From contig CDROCS010003124.1 in the NCBI GenBank assembly GCA_977020255.1, positions 124,001 to 188,000 on the forward strand: a stretch of DNA of 64,000 bases, written 5' to 3'. The notes under the pieces are model-generated. The model was given only the letters and a program-made list of their open reading frames with translations. It searched no databases and was not told the origin of the DNA. Positions 33,640 to 45,235 of the stretch are shown one piece after another. The position numbers and the translations under genes were made by a program. The number at the start of each line of letters is the position of its first letter. The stretch's first letter is position 1. Source of the stretch: Obrimoposthia wandeli. Its lineage: Eukaryota.

Positions 33640-34500
33640 GATTTAGAGTAGACAGTTCAGACTATTTGGTTTCAATGGAAAATTTCGGAATGTAGTGTCG
33701 GGGTCGAGAAATCAGTGTTATTTTAATGAATGCAAATAAATGTTCAAGTTATGCGATGGAGTTCAACTTTTTAATGTTAATGTCAAAATTGAAACAAACA
33801 ATGGTAGCAGATAGCGAGGTTAGTACCGGTCAAATCGCTGAAGATGGAAAAGTTGCTGAAATGAATCTATCAACAAAAGTAGTAGATATCGTGTTCAATG
33901 TTCCTAATGCTGCTTCTGATAGCGAACGTCGAGCGGTTCTAGATGCTGCATAAATTGCGAATCTTAACTGTATAAAACTTATCAATGATACAACTGCATC
34001 AGCAGTTGCATATGGTCTCTACTATCCGAATTTCCTAGAACCTAAGCAAAAATGGAGACAAGTAGCATTTATTGACATGGGATACTCAACATTGCAAGCA
34101 AATATTGTTGCTTTTAACAAAGGTAAAATGTGAGTAGTTGCAAGTACGTGTGCAGATGTGGGTGGAAGATACTTTGACCGTGTTATTTATGAGCAGGCAA
34201 AGATCAACTTTGAGACCATTTTCAAGTTGGATGTATTTGATGGAAAGAAACCTTCTATTCGTCTTTCTCAGGAATGTGAAAACCTTAAAAAATTGATAAG
34301 TGCAAATTTCAATGAGATCCCAATGAATATTGAATGTTTCATGAATGATGTTGATTTTCATATGCGAACGAAGCGAGATCATTTCGAGAATCTTTCACCC
34401 TCTCTATTACAGGAGGTTAAGGAAACTCTTTCGAAAATATTCGAAGAAGCTAAAATAAGTATATATGATATACAATCTGTGGAAGTTTTGGTTGGTGGTT
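33640..34500 (+). pseudogene. HSPA4: HSP110/HSPA4-family (Hsp70 superfamily) pseudogene fragment, no introns seen
   Basis: SERRAVLDAA*IANLNCIKLINDTTASAVAYG...FIDMGYS...AFNKGKM*V...GGRYFD...RLSQECENLKKLISAN...IECFMNDVD...VEVLVGG is collinear with the HSPA4 ATPase domain; two nonsense codons. Confidence 0.85.
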
Positions 34501-35665
34501 TGGTACAAGGAGGTCGTGGTGATCGACCGAGTGTGACGGCTGTATTTTGAGTCGAAATTTGTTGAGGTTAATCTGTTAGGTTGTGGTGACCTCTTCAAAT
34601 TGGCCAAAAGTTAAAAGTAATAAAAGGTTGTGATGGCCCCTTCAAATTGCCTCGGAAAGTATACGAAGGTATTTTGTTGGGGGATTGGGTTTTGTAATTT
34701 TGAATAGAATAAATAAAAAAGACTTAATTTTTTTTACTTTATACATATAAATAATTATTACGGCATTAAGAGAGAAATGTCATGGAGTAATATAGTTGGG
34801 AGCGATTTCAGAAATAATCAAATATTTCATAAGGCTGTTGGAGACGTCGTTAAAAAATTATATTTAAAAGAAGTGACAAAAGTTGTTGAGGAGAACCCAA
34901 AGGTCGTAGAGGAGGCAACCAAAGTTACTGGGGAAGCAGTAAGGTTGCTGATGAAACACCAAAGGCTGGTGAAGAGGATCCAGAGGCCAAAGAAATGGAG
35001 CTCCAGAACGGGTCGATGATTCATCTGTGATTGATTTTGAAACTGTATCTTCTTATGTCTCTTACCCTATGTGTGAATTAAATAATAAAATAATAAAAAA
35101 TCAACCTCTTGCCACACGAGTCAACAGAACTCCACAAACCTGTAAAGAACTTGTCTCAGGAAGCAGAAAGAGTGGAGAGTCTGTTAACCGGAGGCAAGGC
35201 GAAAGATTAAAAATATTAATAATAAAAAAATAGCAAAGACAATAAAAAAATGCTGCAGAAAACAAATATAGGAAAGAGAGAAAAAGGAAAAGAGATAGAG
35301 GGAGGAGGATGAGAGATTGAGTGTCCTATTGAATAAGTTGGTTAGAGGAGAAGAAAGGGAGAAACTTTTAGAGGATATAGGAGGACAAAGCTGGATCAAG
35401 GAGGTAGTCAAAGCCATTAAATATCAACTACCCAGAATAAAGATCGAAATTTTTTCAAAAGTACACAAAATAAAATGATAAAAAGACCGAAAAACTGCAT
35501 AAGAATTGGAACTTAGAAGAAGAAGAAAAACAGAAAGTGGAAATAGCGATAGAAGAACAAGGAAAGGTCAGAAGAAAGCAGGGGGATAAAGGAATTTCAA
35601 ATGAAGAATTAAAAGTATAACAGCTGAAGAAAGAAAAGTAAGACCATCACAATTAAAAATAGTGG

Positions 35666-38040
35666 ATGAAATGTACGAGGCAAAATGGACTTATAAAGGA
35701 AAGAAGATTAAAGTTAATCCAGATGGCAGCTACTCAAAAAGAGAAAATGTACTTAGTTAATAAAAGTTTTAATAATTATATCTTGCTTTTTGAGTTAGAA
35801 AAGAAGCAAATATTTGTAAAAACCTTTAAAGGGGAAATAATAAGCGTTTTCACGTCTATGGACACTAAGATAATAAAACTTAAGGATATAATAAACGAAA
35901 AATTAGGATTACCTACAGAGGTACAAAACTTAACCTTTGAAGGAAAATAATTAGGAAATGAATTGAGGTTAAGAGATTATAAAATCAATAAGGGAAATAC
36001 ATTACACCTCATACTTCAGTTAAAAGGAGGTTCAGATGAGGAGAGAATCTTAGGTTATCGTGAGGAAAAGTTGAGAAAAGCCTTGTACGAAAAAAGATAC
36101 AAAAAGGCACAACTGACAAGGACTAGAAATTTAGCAATTCAGGCCATGAGAAGTGGTAAAGAAACCGATCGAAGGTTGAAAGACTATGAAGATAATTTCG
36201 AGATGGTATCAGGAGAGCTAACAGGTTTACAAGGGTTAGCTTCTGATCTGGGAAGACAAGAGGGGGTAAATGAGTTAGAGAAAGAATTATAAGAAATAAA
36301 TAAGTTGCACGACGAATTAGGAATACTTTCAACAGAACTGCTAAGAACAAATATGGAAAGCAAAAGAGCATCCACAACGAGCAATCAATCAAATAATAGG
36401 AATGAATTTACAGAATTAAAAAGGTTAACATATTCCTATATTTAGTGGTCAAAACTCAAATTACGAAAGTGGAAAACAACATTTAACGAATAATTCGGAA
36501 AAAAAGGGTAGTAAAAACAAGCAAATTATTTCATATGCGACAGTATTTAGGATCGGAACCATTTAGATTGGTAGAAAATTTAGAATTATCAGAAGAAGCT
36601 TATGATAAAGCATTAGAAAGATTAGAGAAAATATATGGAGATGACAAAAGAAATGATCGAAGCGTATTGAAGGACGTTGAGAAGTTAAAAATAATGAGAC
36701 CTGATGAAGTCTCAGAATTTGAAAAGTTGTCAGAATTATTAGATAGGACATTAGTAAAATTAAGAAGTTAGAACAAAACTGAATATTTAGAAAACAGTTA
36801 CTTGTATCAAACATTCTTAGGAAAGTTACCTCGTCAAGCAATGTTAGAATAGACAAGTTGGAAAAGACGAGAAGGTAGAGAATATTCTCTAGAAGACAAG
36901 CTGATATGGGCCCAACTAAAGATGGAAGATTTAATGAAAGCAGAAGAAGTATGTCAGGATACTAATAGAAAACCTGAGCTAGGAGACACGTTTGTCAAAA
37001 TGGATAGATATAATCAAAGGCAAACATATCCTAGAAGAGAAACATATTTTGGGGACACATTTGAGAAAATAGTTCCACAAGAACGGTTCCTGAAACATGG
37101 AAAAAATGAAAGTCGTACATGAAGAAATACTAAAAATTGAAAAGTATTCTAGTTTGACAAGAATAAAAAGGATAAGAGCTTGGATGGATCGATTTATAGA
37201 TAATTGTAGAAGGAAAAAAGAAGTGCAGATAAAAGGAGAATTAACCGTTGAAGAAATGGAACTCAGTATGAGTAAGCTGATCAAATAAGATCAAAGGAAA
37301 TATTTCCAGATAGAAATAAAAAGGTTAGTGAAGACTGGGTAAGTCTTAAAAATAGCAAAATCTTAAAGTTAAGATCATTTATAGATGAAGGAGAAATTTT
37401 AAGAACAAACTCCAGATTAATTCATGCTGAATTCTTAAATTATGATAGTAAGTTCTCAGTGATAATTTCAGGTGAAGGATGGCTAGTAAGGTTAGTAGTG
37501 AAAGATTTACGTGATAGAAATTTTCCCTACGCCGGAATCTAGCATATATTAAGTCTACTACAGAGAATATTTTGGATTTTAAAGGCTCAACGATTAATTA
37601 GAAAAATTATAATGGAATGTGTGATTTGCAAAAGAGCAAATGCAGCCCATTTGCAAAATATGATGACACCATTACCGAAGTTCAGATTGGAAGAACCACT
37701 AAGGGCGTTTGTAAGAGTCGGTGTGGATTTTGCAGGACTTTTTTTGACAAAGCAAGGTCGGAGAAAAGTAAGAGCAAAAAGGTATGTTTGTTTATTTACT
37801 TGTCTACAGACTCGAGCGGTTCATTTGGATATGGCTTATGTTTTGGACACTGATGCATATGTCAGAGCGTTTAAAAGGTTCATGGGAAGAAGAGGACGGC
37901 CAACATTAATGTTGTCTGATAACGGTTTGAATTTTGTTGTAACAGCAAATCTAATAGAAGAAGTTAAGTTCGATACTTATGCACTTAAAGCAGAGTTAGT
38001 AAAGAATGATATTAGATAGGTTTTCAATCTGCCTTTGTTG
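35666..38040 (+). mobile_element. Internally deleted BEL/Pao LTR retrotransposon (ubiquitin-Gag, RNase H end, integrase)
   Basis: KAQLTR and YLGSEPFRLVENLELSEEAYDKALERLEKIYG (Pao Gag). YSSLTRIKRIRAWMDRF. CVICKR...GVDFAG...YVCLFTCLQTRAVHLD...FKRFMGRRG...SDNGLNF (Pao integrase). No RT present. Confidence 0.85.
35804..36031 (+). pseudogene. Ubiquitin domain at the N-terminus of BEL/Pao Gag (TAA at the conserved Gln)
   Basis: KQIFVKTFKGEII...KLKDIINEKLGLPTEVQNLTFEGK*LGNELRLRDYKINKGNTLHLILQLKGG is collinear with ubiquitin and ends in GG. Confidence 0.85.
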
Positions 38041-38409
38041 CCCATCGCGGAACTCGAGACGATCTTACCATTACTGCACGTAGCAAATACATTAGGAGCA
38101 GACGGCAGATCCCACAGTAAGAGGTTATTTAATATATATTAAGAAAGATAATTGACTATTCCACTCCTTATAAATTAGAGATCAGCAAATTCAAGAAGAA
38201 TATTCGAAATTAGAGCAAGCACTGATAGTAGTAGAAAAATCAGAAGAGAGGAAATCGCCCAGCAACCGAATAAATCGATTCGAACTGGTGAGAATCGAAG
38301 ATCCTCGGAAAAGGAAGAGGATCACTTACAGGAGTTGAACATCAATCAAAGGACGTGGAAAGGACTGGTCGCACGGACGAAATTCGGAGAATTTAAACAG
38401 TAAAGGTCA

Positions 38410-38790
38410 TCGAAAGAAATATTTATTTTAAATTGTTTATAATATTTTAAATTGTTTAAATTGTATAAAAGTATAATCGAAAGAAATACTTATTGGAAAT
38501 TGTTTATAATACTTGAAATTGTTTATAATATTGAAATCATATAAAAGTATAAATGAAAACAAAACGTATTTGAAATTGTTTGTTATATTGAAATTATATA
38601 AAAGTATAATCGAAAGAATACTTATTTGAAATTGTTTATAATATTGAAATCATCTAACAGTATAATCGAAAAAAAGTATTTAAATTGTTTATAATATTGA
38701 AATCATATAAAAGTAAAATCGAAAACAATACTTAATTGAAATTGTTTGTAATATTGAAATCGTGTAATAGTATAATTGAAAGAAATATAA
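38410..38790. repeat. Degenerate ~55-65-bp AT-rich tandem repeat, ~6 copies
   Basis: Recurring TCGAAA...GAAATTGTTTATAATATTGAAATCATATAAAAGTATAA. Confidence 0.75.
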
Positions 38791-38906
38791 TACTTTGTAA
38801 TTGGGCGAATCATAGACTTGTAAAGGATATCGACTCCCTTAAAACATAAAGTAGTTTTTCGTATAAAAGGAGTAAAATTAGTTGAGGGTCATCCCATTAC
38901 CTAGAG

Positions 38907-39246
38907 CAGGGGCGTGCAACATATTTAGTCGGCGGGCCCTATAACATCACTTCAGATATTAAGTGGGCCACACTGAAAATCTAGAATTCATATGCATAAT
39001 AAATTCAAAAATTTTACAATATATTTGCATTCAGAAAAACATTTATTTAACCTATGGAATAAATCTTGGCTAATCGTTTTAATGAGACACTTGGAATTTA
39101 GAGTTTAAAATTGTAAAATTTACCTTACAGTGGCGAAACAGATTCAAATCCTGCGGAAAGTAAAAAATAAATTTTGTTAGCGAGAGCCGCACTAACTTGC
39201 ATAGAGGGCCGCATGTGGCCCGCGGGCCGCTTGTTGCGCACCCCTG
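38907..39246. mobile_element. Non-autonomous hAT element (MITE, 340 bp)
   Basis: TIRs CAGGGGCGTGCAAC and GTTGCGCACCCCTG; perfect 8-bp target-site duplication ACCTAGAG at 38899-38906 and 39247-39254. Confidence 0.92.
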
Positions 39247-41346
39247 ACCTAGAGTGTTGGAATTAATATAGTTTATTTTAGACGTTCTTAGTCGTATAAT
39301 TTGTTTAGACATTTTTGATTTTGTTTCGTAAATAAATTGTTTCTTAAAAACCGATTAATTGATCTATAAGCCACCAACCACATAGACGTAAACACCACTA
39401 ATCTATAGGTCGGGCGAGGGTCAATCACGAGACGGTGTTTCAAATAATGGGGTATTTGAAGATTGTGTGTCCCAATATTACCGGAGGAACATCGTTATCA
39501 TCGCTTGATTCCGGCTCTTTGTAATTCATTTTGGTCTAGGTTTCTAACCAGACCTTTCCTGAAATTAAACTCCTAACCCCTAAGTACATATAACACCACA
39601 TACTAGCTCATTTGTGAACACAACTCCTTTATCATACTACAAGACAATAAGACACAAAAATCCTTCAGATTTGAGACTAGAATTAAGTAAGAAAAGAACG
39701 GGTATGCCAAATCCATCTGTAAGCCCTATCGCTACAGAACTCACATTTGGAGCCTTCATACGAGGATCTAATTGAAGAGTTTCAAATAGAAACCACAACA
39801 AAGACAGAAGGAGAAAATTTGTGTGTGAGAGATAACCAAAAAATTCCAGTCAACATATTTGTGCTGTTCAGTGTTCCCTGTTTACAATCTTCGCCACAAT
39901 ATTCAAATCGAGGCTGTAGCTACAATAAGAAACTGATAAGTTCGATCAGATATAGCAGTTTTTACGCAGTTTTTGCTGTTGCTTTCTAGAAATTTGGATA
40001 AGTCCATGACGGCACCAAAAATAGTTGAACAGTAGAGGGATAATAAACAAAAACCAGTCAGCAGAGGCAGGTTAAGGGTATCGGAAAATCAATAGCTAAT
40101 TTGACCACTATCCCTATCGGTCCCAGTTACAGCCGATGCTCCGTCTGGGTGGTACTTCTAACTACTAACGGTGTTTCGATTACATATTGAACTGACAGTA
40201 CGTGATTATTCCGTTCTGCAATCTATTTGGGTTTGCAGGTATTTATTTATTTTGAGATACATCTATGACTTATTATATATACAATGGCGATGGGCAGGAA
40301 GGAATTGACTGCTGACGAGGGCAACGGTGACGGTAGGAAGTTCACGTCGCCGATGCAGACATTCTCGCATACTCACAACTGATAGCAGATAATGAAGGAT
40401 ACGGAAAGATAGGAAGAGATATGTGCAGCTACGGCCAGTTTAACTACTGCTGAAACTTCGCCGTCTCAATCCACAACTCCTAGGTGGTTCTGGGGAAAAT
40501 ATTTTATTTTCACTTGCACTTTGTTTCGATTGCAGATCAAACTGGCCAACAGTGGACCGTTTGATATATCATAAAATCTCCCAATTTTAACGTATTATTT
40601 ATTTTATAGTGTTTTCTTTGATTTTAAGTGCACTCAACAACGACAAAACCAGAGATAACAACATCTACGACCGCCAAAAGAGCCCATTACATAGCAAAAC
40701 GGTCAATAAGATTGACTTTTGCGGTCTGAGTCTATATCACCGATTGTGGACATTTTGGTTTTTAATTATTTTAATAACATTTTATAGTAAACGCAAACCT
40801 GTCATGACAATTCAAGTTAACATATAAAACATATATTCTTTATTTTAAAGCCTATCATGGCTTCAATACAGTTTCCATTAAACTCTTCGCCATCGTCATA
40901 TATAAGGCGACTAATCGGACATTTATGTAAAATATGTTAATCAGTTAGTTCAAGATTGAAAGTATTTAAATAAATTTAATTACTATAAAAGAAAAGAAAG
41001 AATAATGAATAATCCCAAATGTAATTTACTCTAACAATTTATCATTCTTATTATAATTTCAACAAAATGTCTTTGTTATTATTATAACAAATCTAATTAT
41101 TCTTGAATTCTTTATGTATTTTCTATTCTTTTGTAAAGTTTACATATTATAGAATTATACTTATAGCTTCATAATATTTACATTATATTACATTGTTTGT
41201 GACTCAATCTTCATGTTTCACAATGCATATTTTATAATTCAATTTTATTTAATTAATATAAACCACATGATAATAAAAATAAGTTAATTATTAAAATCTT
41301 AACCTTAAAGAAAATTAAAAATTTTATTTAAAATTTAAACTTTTCT

Positions 41347-42231
41347 ATGACTATTGAAAATAATAATGATAAGAAAACCAAAAAATTGGATAAAAATTAT
41401 TCAATTCGAATCAATTGTTACAAAGAGCTCTTAGATAATGTTCGTAATCAGCTTGAGTACGTTGAAGATTTCCATGAAGTTACAAAATCAGCCTGTATTG
41501 AATATCCTGAATATAAGAAAGTTGAAGAAGTTCTTAAAAATGCTCTAAATTATTTTACCGAATTTTCTCATAAATTGATAGAAATAGAGGAACATTTTTC
41601 TGTGGATTATCATCTTTTTATTGAATTAAAACCATTTGTAGAAGATGTCAAAAGTATTTTCTCTCCGTATTTAAATATGCAGGATCAAATAACCAATTTG
41701 TATCAGATTGTTAAAAAAAATCCTCCTCTTTTCATCACAACATTTTCAAAATTGGAAGACAAAATTCGTCAAAAAGGATCATCAGCAATATTTATGAAAT
41801 TACAACAGTTTCTAGTCCATTTAGACAGTAGAATAATGGACATAATTACCTATACAAATCCACTCAACAGTGATTTAGAGAATTTAGACTCATTACACAA
41901 TTTAGTTAAATCATTTACTACAGAAATGAATCAAGTTTCGGAATATCAATTAACTTATGCTAAATTGACTCAGATTCAAAAAGTTATGAAGAAAGCATTA
42001 GAATTTAGCTCCCATAGTCGTCTTTTAGCAACAATAGATTGTATGACTATGAAAGGCGATGGATTGTGGTTTCCAGCGACAATTTTGGTTATGAATGATT
42101 CGATGATATTTGCCAAATTTTATAATAAACCGGCCATAGAAAAAGAATATAAGAAGATATGCAAAAAGATCGATTTTAGACACACGAATGGCACGGCGGA
42201 TGACAACATATCGGTGAGTCTAACTGTATGA
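41347..42231 (+). CDS. Divergent Dbl-homology/PH (RhoGEF-like) protein; the 3' end may be spliced
   Basis: 294-aa open frame: ELLDNVRNQLEYVEDF, helical core ending FTTEMNQ...AKLTQIQKVM, PH-like RLLATIDC...ILVMNDSMIFAK. Possible splice donor GTGAGT at 42214. Confidence 0.55.
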   Translation: MTIENNNDKKTKKLDKNYSIRINCYKELLDNVRNQLEYVEDFHEVTKSACIEYPEYKKVEEVLKNALNYFTEFSHKLIEIEEHFSVDYHLFIELKPFVEDVKSIFSPYLNMQDQITNLYQIVKKNPPLFITTFSKLEDKIRQKGSSAIFMKLQQFLVHLDSRIMDIITYTNPLNSDLENLDSLHNLVKSFTTEMNQVSEYQLTYAKLTQIQKVMKKALEFSSHSRLLATIDCMTMKGDGLWFPATILVMNDSMIFAKFYNKPAIEKEYKKICKKIDFRHTNGTADDNISVSLTV

Positions 42232-45119
42232 TAACCACAAAACGAAAATGTTTCGTTATTTATTTTCACCATCAACTGATTCATTAATTTACTTTTAATG
42301 TTTTTGTTGCTATTATGACGTAATTTTCCCACATCTTTAATAAATTGATTCATAATTTTGATTATAATAACAGAAAAATTTCGTTATTTTTGCGTTATGT
42401 TAATTTACTTTTGTCTTTTCTATTTCACATTCTCGATTTGGGTCAGGGTATGTTTAATATCCCAGGCAAATCGACAAAACTGAGATAAAATTTTCTTTTA
42501 ATTATGTACGTTAATTACCGATAACAAACAATTTAGGGGTTCTTTCTGAATACAATTGAAACTGTTTGGTACATGTAATAAAAAAGGATTTTGCAGCAGT
42601 TCCAATGAGCGACTATGAACAAAATTGTATCTGTTCTTCGCATGAAATATTTTAAAAACATTGGATTGCGTAATATATAAAGATTGATATTTGGTTGCAT
42701 AACATCTAATTTCCTTCTGAAGCAAGTAGACATATGATTAATTCTATTTTTCACCAGAACTATTTCAAATTCTTTTTGTTGCACTTATTGTTTATTTCTT
42801 TACTCAATTCAAGTTAGTTTGATAATTACTGCCACTAACGAATGCCCGATTGAAGTTATTATGTTTTAAATTAAAGTTAAAAAGCAAAACATCTTTTGTA
42901 ACAAAAACATCGAAGAGTATAGGACATTGATTGCATCATTTGTTAAATTTTGATAAGATTTTAATGTTTCGGAAATAAATGAGAAAAACAAATAAAATTT
43001 TCTTTTTTTCTATTAGAAGACTTGCAAATAAATTTCGATGCATGCAAATTATTTATTTTGGAGGTGCAAATATTTGTTTATCTTTGAAAATCTGGTTCAA
43101 TTGAGTGGGTATTTTAGTGGCAAATAATTCAGATTTGGGTGTGTAAAATTCAACTGATAATTTAAGTGTAACACATATTACAAAGTTATTTTGTGCAGTA
43201 TAGGAAATAAAATAGTACCTAGAAACCAATTCAAAAATACGTCCGAAATAAAAATCGAAATGGGCCTTTTTAAAAGAGATTTGGGGGTTTTTCTTCTCTT
43301 TTTGGGACTTTGACTTAAATCGTAAAATAGGGCTTTTGAACATTATTTATGTTTTTTCCTTTAATCTAACGAATAATTTAAATGGTAATTTCGGTTCAGG
43401 AACGGTTTTCAGATGATCATTTCTATCTTACTTTTAGTTTTAAATCAAAATTTTCAATGGGTGATTAATAACACCATGCATTTTATTCTTACATAATCAA
43501 ATATTATAAATAAACCGTATGATTATCTGCGGCAATGCATAATTACAAATTTAGACAAAAATAACCAGATGTATTTAGTTACAAATTGGTGACAACACTG
43601 AACCATAATCCTAAAAGGACAATACCACATTCACTGACGCATTATGGAGATGGAGGAAAGCTTTTACAAGATTAGTAAGTGTTGGAAGATTTGACTTTTT
43701 CCGGTGCGGAATTTCGCAGATTGCGGAAAATCAGGGGATGTAGTAATAAAAACCCCACACAAAAGTCTTAATAGCAACAATACCTATTTAAAATTGACAT
43801 TTCACTTATAAATAGTGACGAATATTTCAAATTAAGTGCTAAATTGTTTACAATCAGACCGGATGTATCTATGATCTACCGTATCACATCAGCGGTAGTC
43901 TCTGGGTCATGTGAACTGTTACACTGCTGCGTTGGATCTAATGTCAACTGATGCGTACTGGTAATTGTATAACAGTTGTAAAGAAAATATGTCGCTAAGT
44001 TGTTTTATAAGCGTTTTAATACATATTTGGATTCTCCAGGAAATTCCGATTAAATTCTATTTTAGAAGGATTTTGAATATTTTCCTTTTTTGAGTAAGGA
44101 TGAGAAAGTTTTTTCTTCATATTTTATGTTAAAAACCGCGCATCTCAAACCGATAAATAATTTATTAAAAGCCTAATTACCAAAGGTTAATATACAAACA
44201 TATTTGATAGTTTATTGGTTACATTTCCATCTTTTGTTAGATTTTTACATAACATATTAATTTACCGAAACTCCCTATCTAATCATCTTAGCGCTGAATG
44301 AATTCTTCAAATTGCGTAGATCCCCATGAATAGATAGGTTTTCAAATTCCTTTGGAATGTGTTAATATTTCCGAAGTTTCTTATGGTTGATGCAATTTAT
44401 CGGCCAAATTCGAACTGTATAACATTTGTGGATCGGATAACCTTCAATCTAAAAAAGGCATAATTTCTTTGCCAGAATTTCAAAGTATTTGGATATTCGA
44501 GATGTAGTTTTTTGAACCAACAATAATATTTTAAAGTGAATATTCGCTTGTATTGGTACTCAATGGAACTTTATCAAATGTGTAGTGACAAATATCTCTC
44601 CTTCCTAACATGAAGATAAAATTATAGCCTTATACAAATTTATTTTCAAATGATTTAATTGATATACTTATTAGTGATAATTATGAATAAAAAAATCGTA
44701 CAACTATAGTTACATATGATAGCATTTTTGCAATGTCCGTATTTAGGCATCAATGGATTTTTACTTTTATTTACAATGCCGCGGAACTTCGATTTACATC
44801 TTTAAATTGACAAGTGGAGTACTTTTTCCTAAACCTTTCATTTAACATTAATTTAGAAAATTTAAACTAATATATCATGGTTATATTCAATTTTGACTGT
44901 AATCTTCTGGACACTATAGGTTTCGAAAATGGAAGTTCAGCGAAAACGTATTGACTTCCATCCGTCGTTTCGCAATGAGTTTAGCAATATGCCTACTCTT
45001 CATAGTTACTGTTTTGTAAATGGAGATTATCAGAATAACTGATGTTAGTTACACACAAGCTGATCAGATATTGTACATAATTTGTTAAAGTTTTAAATCA
45101 CAATTTCGAGTTTCAAAAT

Positions 45120-45235
45120 GATTTACGTTTTTGTTGTGGAGCATTTTAGTATATTGAACAAATTAAATTGGAATCTTGATTTACGTTTTTGTTGTGGAGC
45201 ATTTTAGTATATTGAACAAATTAAATTGGAATCTT
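45120..45235. repeat. 58-bp perfect tandem duplication
   Basis: GATTTACG...GAATCTT at 45120 and 45178. Confidence 0.9.

Noticed and set aside
13303-35950. Alternative genetic code (TAA/TAG = Gln or TGA = sense), suggested by stops at conserved Gln/Arg positions
   Set aside because: RPS15A ends with TAA exactly at the family C-terminus, and long intact frames (copy 1 gag, IAP ORF, DH-PH) contain no such codons. Point mutation explains the stops.
42120-43343. Possible spliced minus-strand gene (contains FVDLPG)
   Set aside because: I could not assemble a consistent exon chain or identify a family by eye.
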